Positions 38,927-48,062 of a stretch of 64,000 nt of DNA are shown here, piece after piece. Within the stretch, counting starts at the first letter, position 1; each line of letters begins with the position of its first letter. The stretch is taken from contig NZ_CBCSKT010000163.1 in NCBI RefSeq assembly GCF_965140895.1, forward strand, positions 19,425-83,424, given 5' to 3'. Under the pieces are notes generated by a model. It made no database searches. It was given only the letters and a program-made list of their open reading frames with translations, and was not told the origin of the DNA. Source of the stretch: Legionella sp. (GTDB lineage: Bacteria > Pseudomonadota > Gammaproteobacteria > Legionellales > Legionellaceae). The position numbers and the translations under genes were made by a program.

Positions 38927-41452
38927 ATGACTTCATTTACCCCTAACCGTCCACCAAGTGATCATATGAGTAAACAAAAGAAAAATAAAGCACACAACCA
39001 TCACAAACATAGCCACCATAACCATTCTCATGACCATCATGGACATAGCCACGATCATCATCATGGAGATCACCATGACAACCATTGGTTTAAAGCTACA
39101 TTAGGTTTGGTTTGGGGAGCAAGTTTGCTCGTCTTATCGGTTGGGGGCTTTAGCATTCCCATTGCCGCCTACTATGCCATCACCGGACTTACTTCGCTGA
39201 TGACCTTATATCTGGGACACACCGTTTACCAATCAGCCTGGAATTCATTTCGCAGAGAGTGCGGCCTTCATTTGATGTCCGAATTGTCTAAAGAACCGAG
39301 CGAATACCCCAATAGCTACATATTTTGCAAAGATGAGCTGTTTTATGTTAATACAAATGGGGAAAGTAGAAAGGTAAAAATTGATGACTTATCTCTATTC
39401 AAAGAAACGTTGAATGAAATAAATGGGCAGAACTCTAGTTCACTGACCTTGACAACGAGACAAATTAAAAACTTAATCACAGCCAATGGAGGCCATACCC
39501 TTCCTAACAACAAATGGGATATGACGACTTTATATACCATTAGCACCCTTAGTATTCTCGCTGTATCGATTGCCAGTATCCTGATTCCAGGTTTACCAAT
39601 GATGTTTGAAGCCGCTCCCTTAGTATTAGGTTTTTGGCATTTAGGAGAAGGGATTGAACATAGCCTAATTGATCAAATCAATAAAAAATTAGATGTCCTT
39701 GATTGCCTTCCTAAAAAAGTCTTATTAAAAGGCGAAGAAGATAAAAAAGTTTCCGTTAAAAACTTAGTCCCTGAGAATCTGATTGTTATTCAAAAAGGCG
39801 ATGTAATTCCTGTTGATGGCGTATTAACTACAGATGCTCTACTTTACACCACTCGAGTCGATGGTTCTCCTGAGCTTAAAAGCTTTAAAGCAGGGGACAA
39901 CGTGAAGTCAGGCATGCGCTTAGCCAAGCATATTCCTTCGCTAGAAATGCGTGTTACCAAAACCTATAACAATTCTTATCTTTCTGTAGTCGCCAAAGGT
40001 ATTAAGGAAGCCAATGATGAAAAAGCGCCCATTGAATTAATTGCGAATAAAATATTGGATTATTTTATTCCCGGCTTACTCGTCACAGCAGCTGTATCCG
40101 GTGTCATTATTGGTTCATTATTTGGTATTGCGCCAGCTATTCAATGTGTTATCTCCGTTCTTGTCAGTGCATGCCCCTGTGCCTTAAGTTTAGTTACCCC
40201 AATGGCAGTTAAAATCGGCATGAACAAAGCTGCTGAACAAGGGATTCAGTTTAGTAATGGAGCAGCGCTACAAGCAGCAGCCGACATTGATACGATTGTT
40301 TTTGATTTAAACGGCACCCTTACTCAAGGTAAAATGCAGGTACAAAATCTGCAAATTAGTGATAGAAAGCTATTAGCCCATATCGCCTTATTAGAACGCA
40401 ATGCCAATCACCCTGCTGCCAAAACCATCGCTGCTTATATTCAGAGCCAAGAAGATATTAGTGATGAGCCATTAGAAATCACCGACATCGATAAAGAACA
40501 CCACTCAGGTATAAAAGCGGTTATCAATGGCGAACAGTTTATCGTAGGTAATGAAGACATGCTGTTAGCAAACAGCATTATGGAAATTAATGAACCGTAT
40601 AATGACCCTAAAAATGGTTCTACTTATATTGTTCGTGGCAACACTGTAATTGGGCAAATCGCCTTAATGGATCCATTACGCGAGGATGCGATTACAACCA
40701 TCAAACAATTAAAACAGTTTGGTAAAACCGTACATATTTGTACCGGGGCGTCTCAGGAAACTGCAAAACGATATGCTACCTTATTAGGTATTGATGAAAA
40801 AAATATTTGTGCTAACGCTGTCGGAGTAAGCACTCAAAACCATGAAGTATCTAAAATTAGTTACATTCAAGAACTAAGAAATAAAGGATTTAAAGTCGCT
40901 ATGGTTGGCGATGCGGCCAATGATTCCGCAGCAATTGCAGGCGCTCATATAGGTATTGCTGTTGAATCAAAGATTGGCGATAACAGCGCCAAAAAATTTG
41001 CCGGAATCGTCGTGCATCAAGGTTTATTATTCCCTATTGTAACAGCATTTGATCTGGCTCAAAAAGGAAAACAAAATATTATTCAAAACTATTTTGTGAG
41101 CTTAACTTATAATTCGACTATTACTTTAGTTGCGTCAGGACTATTTGTTGCTCTAGGTTTTAGCATAACCCCCCCCATTGGCATTGCTTTAATGGTACTT
41201 GAAACGACGGTAGTTTTAAGCAATTTATATCGTTTTAAACAACAAGACATTGTGACTACAGCAACGCAAAATAACAATACAGTTGACCCTGCTTCGGATG
41301 ATTCACCATCAGTAATGTCTAAGCTGTTGGGAACTCGCCCTCAAATAACAACAACATTAGAAGAAGAACCGCTTGTCGTGAATTTATTTGCTACTAATGA
41401 GCAGCACTCCCTTCAACCAACACTTCAAAGCGGAGCAACATATCACTATTAG
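38927..41452 (+). CDS. P1B-like P-type ATPase with His-rich N-terminus, divergent catalytic motifs, and extra cytosolic insert and tail
   Basis: CPC motif (ACPCAL, 40172-40180) and the HP motif (NANHPAAK) are retained. Other motifs are changed: DKTGT is DLNGT (40304-40318), TGES is DGSPE (39860-39874), TGD is TGA, and GDGxND is GDAAND (40907-40924). I prefer the ATG at 38927 (GAGAG upstream); the track start at 38879 is TTG. Confidence 0.75.
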   Translation: MTSFTPNRPPSDHMSKQKKNKAHNHHKHSHHNHSHDHHGHSHDHHHGDHHDNHWFKATLGLVWGASLLVLSVGGFSIPIAAYYAITGLTSLMTLYLGHTVYQSAWNSFRRECGLHLMSELSKEPSEYPNSYIFCKDELFYVNTNGESRKVKIDDLSLFKETLNEINGQNSSSLTLTTRQIKNLITANGGHTLPNNKWDMTTLYTISTLSILAVSIASILIPGLPMMFEAAPLVLGFWHLGEGIEHSLIDQINKKLDVLDCLPKKVLLKGEEDKKVSVKNLVPENLIVIQKGDVIPVDGVLTTDALLYTTRVDGSPELKSFKAGDNVKSGMRLAKHIPSLEMRVTKTYNNSYLSVVAKGIKEANDEKAPIELIANKILDYFIPGLLVTAAVSGVIIGSLFGIAPAIQCVISVLVSACPCALSLVTPMAVKIGMNKAAEQGIQFSNGAALQAAADIDTIVFDLNGTLTQGKMQVQNLQISDRKLLAHIALLERNANHPAAKTIAAYIQSQEDISDEPLEITDIDKEHHSGIKAVINGEQFIVGNEDMLLANSIMEINEPYNDPKNGSTYIVRGNTVIGQIALMDPLREDAITTIKQLKQFGKTVHICTGASQETAKRYATLLGIDEKNICANAVGVSTQNHEVSKISYIQELRNKGFKVAMVGDAANDSAAIAGAHIGIAVESKIGDNSAKKFAGIVVHQGLLFPIVTAFDLAQKGKQNIIQNYFVSLTYNSTITLVASGLFVALGFSITPPIGIALMVLETTVVLSNLYRFKQQDIVTTATQNNNTVDPASDDSPSVMSKLLGTRPQITTTLEEEPLVVNLFATNEQHSLQPTLQSGATYHY

Positions 41453-41943
41453 CATTAGAGAAACTATTTCTCTTATTAAGTAAAGAATTAAGCCTAGACT
41501 CCATTTTAATACAGTAATAACTAAGCATTTGGTACAGCAACGAATGCTTAAACATGGGGTCAAAGGATATGGGAGCTCAATATTGAAGCTTCAGTAAGAA
41601 GCCATTGTCATCACCAGGAGTGCATCATACTACGAGTAACATTGTATTCGTGTTTGTGCGACAGCTGCAATCTTTCGCAGGTTAATATCCAGCCAAGATC
41701 CCAGCCGCGCCAAACAGATACAGTATAGCTAATTTTTCTAAAAGTATGTGTTCCAAAAACACTAATTTATTTGTAAGATATTTCTTAAATTGTCGTAAGG
41801 TCATTAGCATGTGTTGAGATGTGGCAATCAATGGCATTGAACGATATTCTAAAAATATCAACTCATTGAAAATTAATAAATTTATTTTCAAATTTTTTAT
41901 TCGTAATGGAATTTAATTTAAATTACTTATTAGGAGATCTTAA

Positions 41944-42579
41944 ATGCATACTTTATTTAGTGTCAAAAATGATACCGTACAAACCATCGTAACCAGACTT
42001 ACTGCTAATGATCCAACTCTAGAAGTGGTTAAGTGCGGTCAGCTTAGTTTAGATTCTGCATTATCAAAAGAGATTTTCAATGCACTCAAATATAGCACTC
42101 ATGTTAAAAAGCTAGAATTTCTTGGTAATAACTCAAAAGGCGCTATTAAATTTCTGGCAGAATCGATAAAAACCCATCAATCACTAGAAGAAATCTATTT
42201 GGGAACCAATGGGTTAGATGATGAAGAATTTTTTTACCTTTTTGATTCTCTAAAAGAAAACCTATCTTCTGTTCAATTATTGGATATTAATTGTAATGAA
42301 GGAATAACCGATGTAAGCGCACACCATATTGCCGAACTGATAACAAAATATACTCCTATTAAAAAAATGGATATTTCTTCTACTAGTATTACAGATGAGG
42401 GGTTACAAGAAATTTTAAATACACTAGAACAAAATCCTGAGTCTTCTCTATTGGAATTATGTGAGCCGGATATTCTTAACCTTGGCTATCTTGCGCAAAA
42501 CGAAGAACTTACTCAAAAATTAAGTGCTTATTTTAGTACAAAGCAAAATAGTGATAGTGCGAGTATGAAGATAATCTAA
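41944..42579 (+). CDS. Eukaryote-like leucine-rich repeat protein (RNI / tropomodulin-type LRR)
   Basis: About 28-aa LRR units. NDPTLEVVKCG...NALKYSTHVKKLEFLGNN..GAIKFLAESIKTHQSLEEIYLGTNGLDDEE...SLKEN.SS parallels the tropomodulin LRR pattern NDP.LEEVNLNN...EALKEN..VKKF......A.[15 protein letters not shown].I as I recall it. Confidence 0.6.
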   Translation: MHTLFSVKNDTVQTIVTRLTANDPTLEVVKCGQLSLDSALSKEIFNALKYSTHVKKLEFLGNNSKGAIKFLAESIKTHQSLEEIYLGTNGLDDEEFFYLFDSLKENLSSVQLLDINCNEGITDVSAHHIAELITKYTPIKKMDISSTSITDEGLQEILNTLEQNPESSLLELCEPDILNLGYLAQNEELTQKLSAYFSTKQNSDSASMKII

Positions 42580-42583
42580 TTTG

Positions 42584-42775
42584 ATGATTAAAATAATGAC
42601 CCAAGCCTCATTGCCATGTATGGACCCCACCGGTTTTGCAAGAGGTAATTTTAAAATTTTTAGCAATGAAGGTGAGCACACACCGAAATCATCCGCGAGA
42701 GCCTATTTAACAGTTATTGCGAGTAACCCCGTGGCTGATATTAATGCACTGCACAACAAAAAAAGGTATAGTTGA
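42584..42775 (+). CDS. Small ORF (63 aa) translationally coupled to the VF530 gene; C-terminal half resembles the tail of NadS/MqsA-type HTH antitoxins (possibly a remnant)
   Basis: [31 protein letters not shown] can be compared with the WEQGRxxPxxxAxxLLxxIxxxPxxL tails of such regulators. Its stop overlaps the next start as ATGA at 42772-42775. Confidence 0.3.
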   Translation: MIKIMTQASLPCMDPTGFARGNFKIFSNEGEHTPKSSARAYLTVIASNPVADINALHNKKRYS

Positions 42776-43011
42776 TGAACAGAACTTCTAATGATCCACT
42801 GCACGGCATTACTCTAGAGGCTATCTTAAATAGTTTATTGAGTTGTTATGGCTGGGAAGGCTTGGCGGAGAGAGTCAAGATTAACTGTTTTTCTTCCAAC
42901 CCCAGCATCAATTCAAGCCTTAAATTCCTGCGCAAAACACCATGGGCAAGGACTAAAATTGAAACCCTTTATTGTGATTTCTTAAAAAGTAAAGATTGCG
43001 ACAACTCATAA
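42772..43011 (+). CDS. VF530/DUF2132 family putative DNA-binding protein
   Basis: [61 protein letters not shown] matches the DUF2132 signature as I recall it. Confidence 0.8.
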   Translation: MMNRTSNDPLHGITLEAILNSLLSCYGWEGLAERVKINCFSSNPSINSSLKFLRKTPWARTKIETLYCDFLKSKDCDNS

Positions 43012-43627
43012 TTAATGGAATAAGAAATAAATAGAAAAACAGAAAAGAAAAAAGATGGCTTCAGGAGATACGATTGTATTGAAAGGTGAGATCTTTCGAC
43101 TAAGGTTGGGTGCTAATTAACATTTTTCTACTCACAGACTCTAGTAGGGTTCCTTTCAGGTAGGTATGAAATTTCCCGGTACACCATTACAACCTTTTTC
43201 CAGCCTAGGCTATAGTCAATAAATTGATTTTTTCGCTGGCTATCAAATTGTTTATAACCTCATGTAAATTAAGGCATTCTTTGTCACTATAAAATTCATA
43301 TTTTCCAATCAAGTTGATATGCTTCGGTAATAAACAATGTTATTGTTTATCTTACAGTATGAATTATTACTAAGTTAACTGACTTACTAAAAGAGGGCTG
43401 GAAAAATTCCGGGTCCCAGTAAGTAATTCGTTTGCATTTTGATGATCACGATTTAAATGAAAATATAAATAGCGTAATGCGCTATTTTTGACTAGTTCAA
43501 CTTTATTTGCTAAAATGGACTAGTTTTGATCACCGATGTAATCAATTACTAACAAAATCTACAATATCTTCTGAAAATTCAAATCTGAGTTCCACGTATA
43601 ACATCGTGCTTTAAATGAGATTAATAA

Positions 43628-44593
43628 ATGAAAGAACATAATGAAAGCCTGATAAACCCATCCGTTAGTAAAGTGCTTATAAAGCTGGGATCAGCAAGCT
43701 CACTACCCTTTTTTTTTCAGAAAAAGAAAGAAATTTGCAATCCCTCTGACAAGTCAGATTCAATTAGCATTAGTTTTACAGCTAAAGAAATCGAGCAATT
43801 AGAGCAATTTTTACAATTCAATATTCCCTTCGATGTATATCTACTTGATGAAGTAAATACGATTACAGTGCAAGAACAAAGACACTTAGTGAAAAATGAA
43901 TCCGAAAGACATGCGCACTTTAGCAAGCTTAAAGAATCTAATTCGTTTATCCTGGAACCCATTGCTCTCGCTATGAGAACAAATCACAGTCGATTCTATA
44001 ACTCCATGGATTATGATAATCAAACTGAAACGATGACTAAACTTTTTGCCTTATCTATATGTTCGGGTATTGAAACCATTCCATGCATATTCATAATGCG
44101 CGAAGTCTATTCGTTAGTTCAAAGTTTAAAGGTGAGTACAACATCTGAATTAAATGAATCCAGCGATTTTTTAACCAAAGAGAAAATTAGTCGTTTAAGC
44201 ATTCTTGTTTATAATTATTTTCTTAAAGAACATTGTGTTTTTCCGCTCAATACCACAGATAAAATACTAAAAAATATCAGGAGTCAATGGCAGACTTGTC
44301 TGTTTAATACATCAGAAAAAAGTGAAGAAAACCATAAAACGAAGATTCCTCCGCTTGAGCTCATGTTCCATGCTCTAAATGGCATAGTTGGAACTACAGG
44401 CATTAAAAAAACAATAAGTGCTCCGCAAGAGGTTTTTGCTAATTCACTTTTTGATAAAAACACACTATACCAGCTATTTAAGGACTTAAAGAAGGAGGGG
44501 GTTTTGCGACATTGTCCTCATTTATTTGAAGAATTGAATAATTTGCTTGGAATTAAGCCATCATCAGAATTAACGCCCTCTTCGTCCTTATGA
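43628..44593 (+). CDS. Hypothetical protein (orphan; candidate effector)
   Basis: 321-aa ORF preceded by a 616-bp AT-rich spacer. No family recognised. Ser/Thr-rich C-terminus (IKPSSELTPSSSL). Confidence 0.5.
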   Translation: MKEHNESLINPSVSKVLIKLGSASSLPFFFQKKKEICNPSDKSDSISISFTAKEIEQLEQFLQFNIPFDVYLLDEVNTITVQEQRHLVKNESERHAHFSKLKESNSFILEPIALAMRTNHSRFYNSMDYDNQTETMTKLFALSICSGIETIPCIFIMREVYSLVQSLKVSTTSELNESSDFLTKEKISRLSILVYNYFLKEHCVFPLNTTDKILKNIRSQWQTCLFNTSEKSEENHKTKIPPLELMFHALNGIVGTTGIKKTISAPQEVFANSLFDKNTLYQLFKDLKKEGVLRHCPHLFEELNNLLGIKPSSELTPSSSL

Positions 44594-45034
44594 GTTTGAG
44601 GGATGACTAGGATTCTGGCTATCAGGACCGTTTATAGTATAACTCAATAAAAACAAGGCGTTGAAAAACGTAACCTGTTAAATAGAACCCCTAGAAGCAT
44701 TACCGATCCTGATGCAACAGCGATCCCTTTATTTAGTGCGCGTAGTGATACTTCCGGAAAGATTCCTGGGTTTTATTATGATATGGAAAGAGATTGTTCC
44801 TGCTCATTGTGAACTTAAACGTGCTAAAGCACTTTGTAATGATACAGCTACTTACCATTCAAAAGTGAACGATTGCAGCAAGTCGAATTTCTTTTAGGAT
44901 TGCCCAGTCTGGTTCTTCAGTTGTTCGGATTTTCACAGTCGTATTAGATGAAATGTTGAATTACCAATCATCACATACAAATATCAGTGATGCAATATGT
45001 CAGCCGACATCAGTACTATATCCTTGCCCCGTTT

Positions 45035-45067
45035 TCGAACTCCCATGGATTGACTATGGGAATTCGA
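45035..45067. repeat. TCGAACTCCCAT/ATGGGAATTCGA hairpin repeat
   Basis: A 12-bp stem with one mismatch and a 9-nt loop. It contains the GGGAATTCG motif that also appears at 4747-4755. Confidence 0.45.
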
Positions 45068-45099
45068 GAAAAGGACCTATACATTAATTCATGCGTAAT

Positions 45100-45134
45100 A
45101 AAAAAAGCACCTCTATGTTGAATCACGGAAGTGC
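45100..45134 (-). terminator. Rho-independent terminator of the 45160-45759 gene
   Basis: Read on the - strand: GCACTTCC..GAGGTGC stem (6 of 7 bp) followed by T7 (an A-run at 45100-45106 on the + strand). Confidence 0.6.
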
Positions 45135-45159
45135 TTCGTTTACAACACAGCACTCAAAC

Positions 45160-45759
45160 CTAATGAGTTGCTGGCGCAGGAGATTCTGCTGGTACAGGAG
45201 CAGAAGTTGATGCTTTTGGTTTTTCAGCTAAAGCATCTGCAGAACATGCTGCAGCAATATCATTAACACCTTCATCATATTGTTTATCAGTTATACCATC
45301 AGCTTGTTTAATCAAAGTCATAACTTTAGGTTTAGCACATTCGCAATAAGCCATAGTTACCTTTTTATTTTCTTCGCTTAAGTTAGGATAAATAAGGTTC
45401 CAGCGATCCTGACAAAACTGAAGAAAATCACTTTCTTGCGCTTTACTTAAACCCACATCATCCTCTATTGCATCTAATGCATCATGCAATAAAGTGCGTG
45501 ACATACATACATGAATTGCTTTTTGTATTGCTTCATCACTACCTAAAGGTTGTGACGCAGCGCACGTGCAATATTTTTCTCCAAAATTTTTGAAATCCAC
45601 TTTATCTTTCGCAGCATCTGCTTTTTCCATCCAGGCATTAGTACAAATTGATGCAAAGTCAGATGATTCTTTGGGAGTAGCTTCTTCAGCAAAGACAGAA
45701 AAAGAGAACAAAGCCGTAGCAGCGATTATTCCTGTGCGCTTCAATAAAGAATAACTCAT
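45160..45759 (-). CDS. Secreted Cys-containing protein with an internal duplication, unknown function
   Basis: Signal peptide ending FSVFAEE. Two similar modules carry C..W...........YC(T/E)CA. Pro/Ala/Ser-rich tail. Confidence 0.6.
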   Translation of the reverse strand: MSYSLLKRTGIIAATALFSFSVFAEEATPKESSDFASICTNAWMEKADAAKDKVDFKNFGEKYCTCAASQPLGSDEAIQKAIHVCMSRTLLHDALDAIEDDVGLSKAQESDFLQFCQDRWNLIYPNLSEENKKVTMAYCECAKPKVMTLIKQADGITDKQYDEGVNDIAAACSADALAEKPKASTSAPVPAESPAPATH

Positions 45760-45898
45760 GATGTATCACTCCTTTGATTAATAATTATTCTTAACTGAGC
45801 ATAGACCATCCCTGATCAGTTAGCTATCAATCATGAGATATATTTCTTAACCATTGCTGTATATACTCTAATTTTTTTATAGCGCCCGGAGAGAAACG

Positions 45899-47194
45899 AT
45901 GAATGTATTGGTTACTGGTGCCTCTGGATTTATTGCCTCCCAAATTGTTACCGATTTAATTGCCGCCGGGCATCAAGTTAGCTGCTGTGTCCGTGATGTC
46001 GCTTATACTCAAAATTTATTTCCAACAGCGACCATTATTCCTTGCGATTTTATTCACGAACAGTCCAGTACACTTTGGAGTGAACGATTAACGAATATTG
46101 ATGTTGTCATTAACAGTGTCGGTATCCTTTACCATCCCAATGACCAGGTAACCTGGGCAATTCACTATCATACTCCCCGCGCCTTATTCGATGCCTGCGT
46201 TAATACCGGGGTCAAAAAGATTATACAAATTTCCGCCTTAGGTATTGAGCAATCAAATGTGGTTTATGCAACCAGTAAGAAAGCTGCGGATGATTATTTA
46301 CAGACGCTGCCAGTCCAGTCAATTATCTTACGCCCCTCGTTAGTTTATGGACGAGGCTCCTATGGCGGTTCCTCTTTATTTCGCGGTTTAGCAGGACTGC
46401 CCTGGATTACTCCCGTACCCGATAAAGGCAACCAAGAGTTTCAACCCATTTATTTAGAAGATTTATCAAAGGCCGTCGTCAGGCTCATGGAGCAACCCTT
46501 AGCTCACAATTTAATCTTAAATGCCGTAAGTGCGAAACGCATTAACTTAGCGAATGTTTTAACTCAGATGCGTACCTGGTTAGGTTTTTCCAAAACTAAA
46601 TTAATTCATGTTCCTTTAAAATTAATTCGTTTGGGAGCATTGATTGGTGATCGCATCCCCTACTCCATTTTTAATACCAACTCGTATAAATTACTCTTTC
46701 AAAACAATGTGACCAGTAGTGAGGAGACCCAAAAGTTCCACAAACAAATTGGTTTTACCCCTAGAGAATTCACCACAGGCCTCTATAGCCATCCCAGCTC
46801 AATACAAGATCGTTGGCATTCGCGACTGTATTTTCTCAAGCCACTGTTAAAATTTAGCATTGCCTTTATTTGGCTATTCACCGCGATTTGTTGTTTATTC
46901 ATCTATCCTCGAGCCTCATCTTATGAACTGTTGGCACAAATTGGTGTTAGCACATTTTGGCAACCTATTTTATTTTATGGAGCGAGCATTCTTGATGCGG
47001 CACTAGGTGTAGCCATCTTGTGCTCAAAATCTGCGAAAGTTGGACTCTTACAAATTATCTTGATAATAGGCTATAGTGTCATACTTACGTTGAAGCTTCC
47101 CTCGTTGTGGTTTGAACCTTTTGCTCCTTTGGCAAAAAATATTCCACTATTGGTAGCTATATTGGTTTCTATGTCTTTGGAGTCTGATCGGTAA
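45899..47194 (+). CDS. NAD(P)-binding epimerase/SDR domain fused to a C-terminal DoxX-like membrane domain
   Basis: VLVTGASGFIASQIV Rossmann motif and YATSKKAAD, followed by about 130 aa with 4 TM segments. GGAGAG RBS. Confidence 0.75.
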   Translation: MNVLVTGASGFIASQIVTDLIAAGHQVSCCVRDVAYTQNLFPTATIIPCDFIHEQSSTLWSERLTNIDVVINSVGILYHPNDQVTWAIHYHTPRALFDACVNTGVKKIIQISALGIEQSNVVYATSKKAADDYLQTLPVQSIILRPSLVYGRGSYGGSSLFRGLAGLPWITPVPDKGNQEFQPIYLEDLSKAVVRLMEQPLAHNLILNAVSAKRINLANVLTQMRTWLGFSKTKLIHVPLKLIRLGALIGDRIPYSIFNTNSYKLLFQNNVTSSEETQKFHKQIGFTPREFTTGLYSHPSSIQDRWHSRLYFLKPLLKFSIAFIWLFTAICCLFIYPRASSYELLAQIGVSTFWQPILFYGASILDAALGVAILCSKSAKVGLLQIILIIGYSVILTLKLPSLWFEPFAPLAKNIPLLVAILVSMSLESDR

Positions 47195-47664
47195 TGATCT
47201 ATTTTTTGCTTAAATTCATTCATGTTTTGAGTTCGACCATACTTTTTGGCACCGGCATAGGCACTGCCTGTACGATGCTCTATGGTCATCGCACGGGAAA
47301 CACCCAGGTAATTGCCGCGACCACACGCTATGTGGTTTTAGCCGATTGGATCTTTACTGGGACTTCAGGTTTCCTCCAACCTCTCACTGGCTTATGGATG
47401 GTTTATTTAGCAGGCTATGCGTGGACCTCTTTATGGGTTATGGGTTCCATTATTGGTTATGCAATCGCTGCTTGTTGTTGGTTTCCTGTTGTGTATCTGC
47501 AAATTAAAATGCGCGATTTTGCTGTTGAAGCGGAAGAAAATAAAACCGTACTCCCTCCAATTTACTACCGTTATTTTAAGTACTGGTTTTGCTTAGGCTG
47601 GCCTGCGTTTATTAGTTTAATTATTGTTTTTTATTTAATGACGAATAAACCTGCGGGGTTTTAA
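47194..47664 (+). CDS. DUF2269-type integral membrane protein
   Basis: MIYFLLKFIHVLSSTILFGTGIGTA start, 4 TM segments, and a start that overlaps the upstream stop (TAATG). Confidence 0.65.
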   Translation: MIYFLLKFIHVLSSTILFGTGIGTACTMLYGHRTGNTQVIAATTRYVVLADWIFTGTSGFLQPLTGLWMVYLAGYAWTSLWVMGSIIGYAIAACCWFPVVYLQIKMRDFAVEAEENKTVLPPIYYRYFKYWFCLGWPAFISLIIVFYLMTNKPAGF

Positions 47665-47682
47665 GTCCGAATAAATGAAAAC

Positions 47683-47700
47683 CTGATTGCAAGCAACCAG
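47683..47700. repeat. Degenerate CCTG(A)TTGC-AA-GCAACCAG hairpin
   Basis: A stem of 7 of 8 bp immediately downstream of the DUF2269 gene. Confidence 0.45.
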
Positions 47701-48062
47701 ACTACATCTAAATAATGGATTGGCGACTTAACCTATGTTGGCTTGTCCCATCTACAGGTACGGCATTAATTTTATTTTTATTAAAAAACATCATGAATAT
47801 CCGTACAAACCCTAAAGAAGAAATCCAGGGTACAGACATTATTGAGCATGGAGAGTCTGCTTATGATCACTCTGCCGTTGAGAATACTCCGAGTAAAGTA
47901 TTAAAACGTAGAGGCACAACATAAACAGCAGTCTGAACACGGGATCCCTCGGTGTTGCAATATACCAGGATCCCACGGTCAAGTGTATGAGAATTCGAAA
48001 GTGAATGAGTAGTTCCGATTCCAAAAGCTACATTCTTTAAGCCGGCACGATTAAGCGAATAA

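Noticed and set aside
38960-39085. An apparent tandem CAT/CAC-rich DNA repeat
   Set aside because: It is the coding sequence of the His-rich N-terminus of the ATPase (imperfect His codon runs), not a non-coding microsatellite.
41682-41891. 69-aa minus-strand ORF in the spacer upstream of the LRR gene
   Set aside because: It has a TTG start, no RBS and no similarity to anything I recognise. It is probably a chance ORF in AT-rich DNA.
45031-45070. A GTTTTCGAACTCCCATGG segment that looked like a tRNA T-arm
   Set aside because: No acceptor, D or anticodon arms can be built around it. It is one arm of a 12-bp hairpin repeat (45035-45067).
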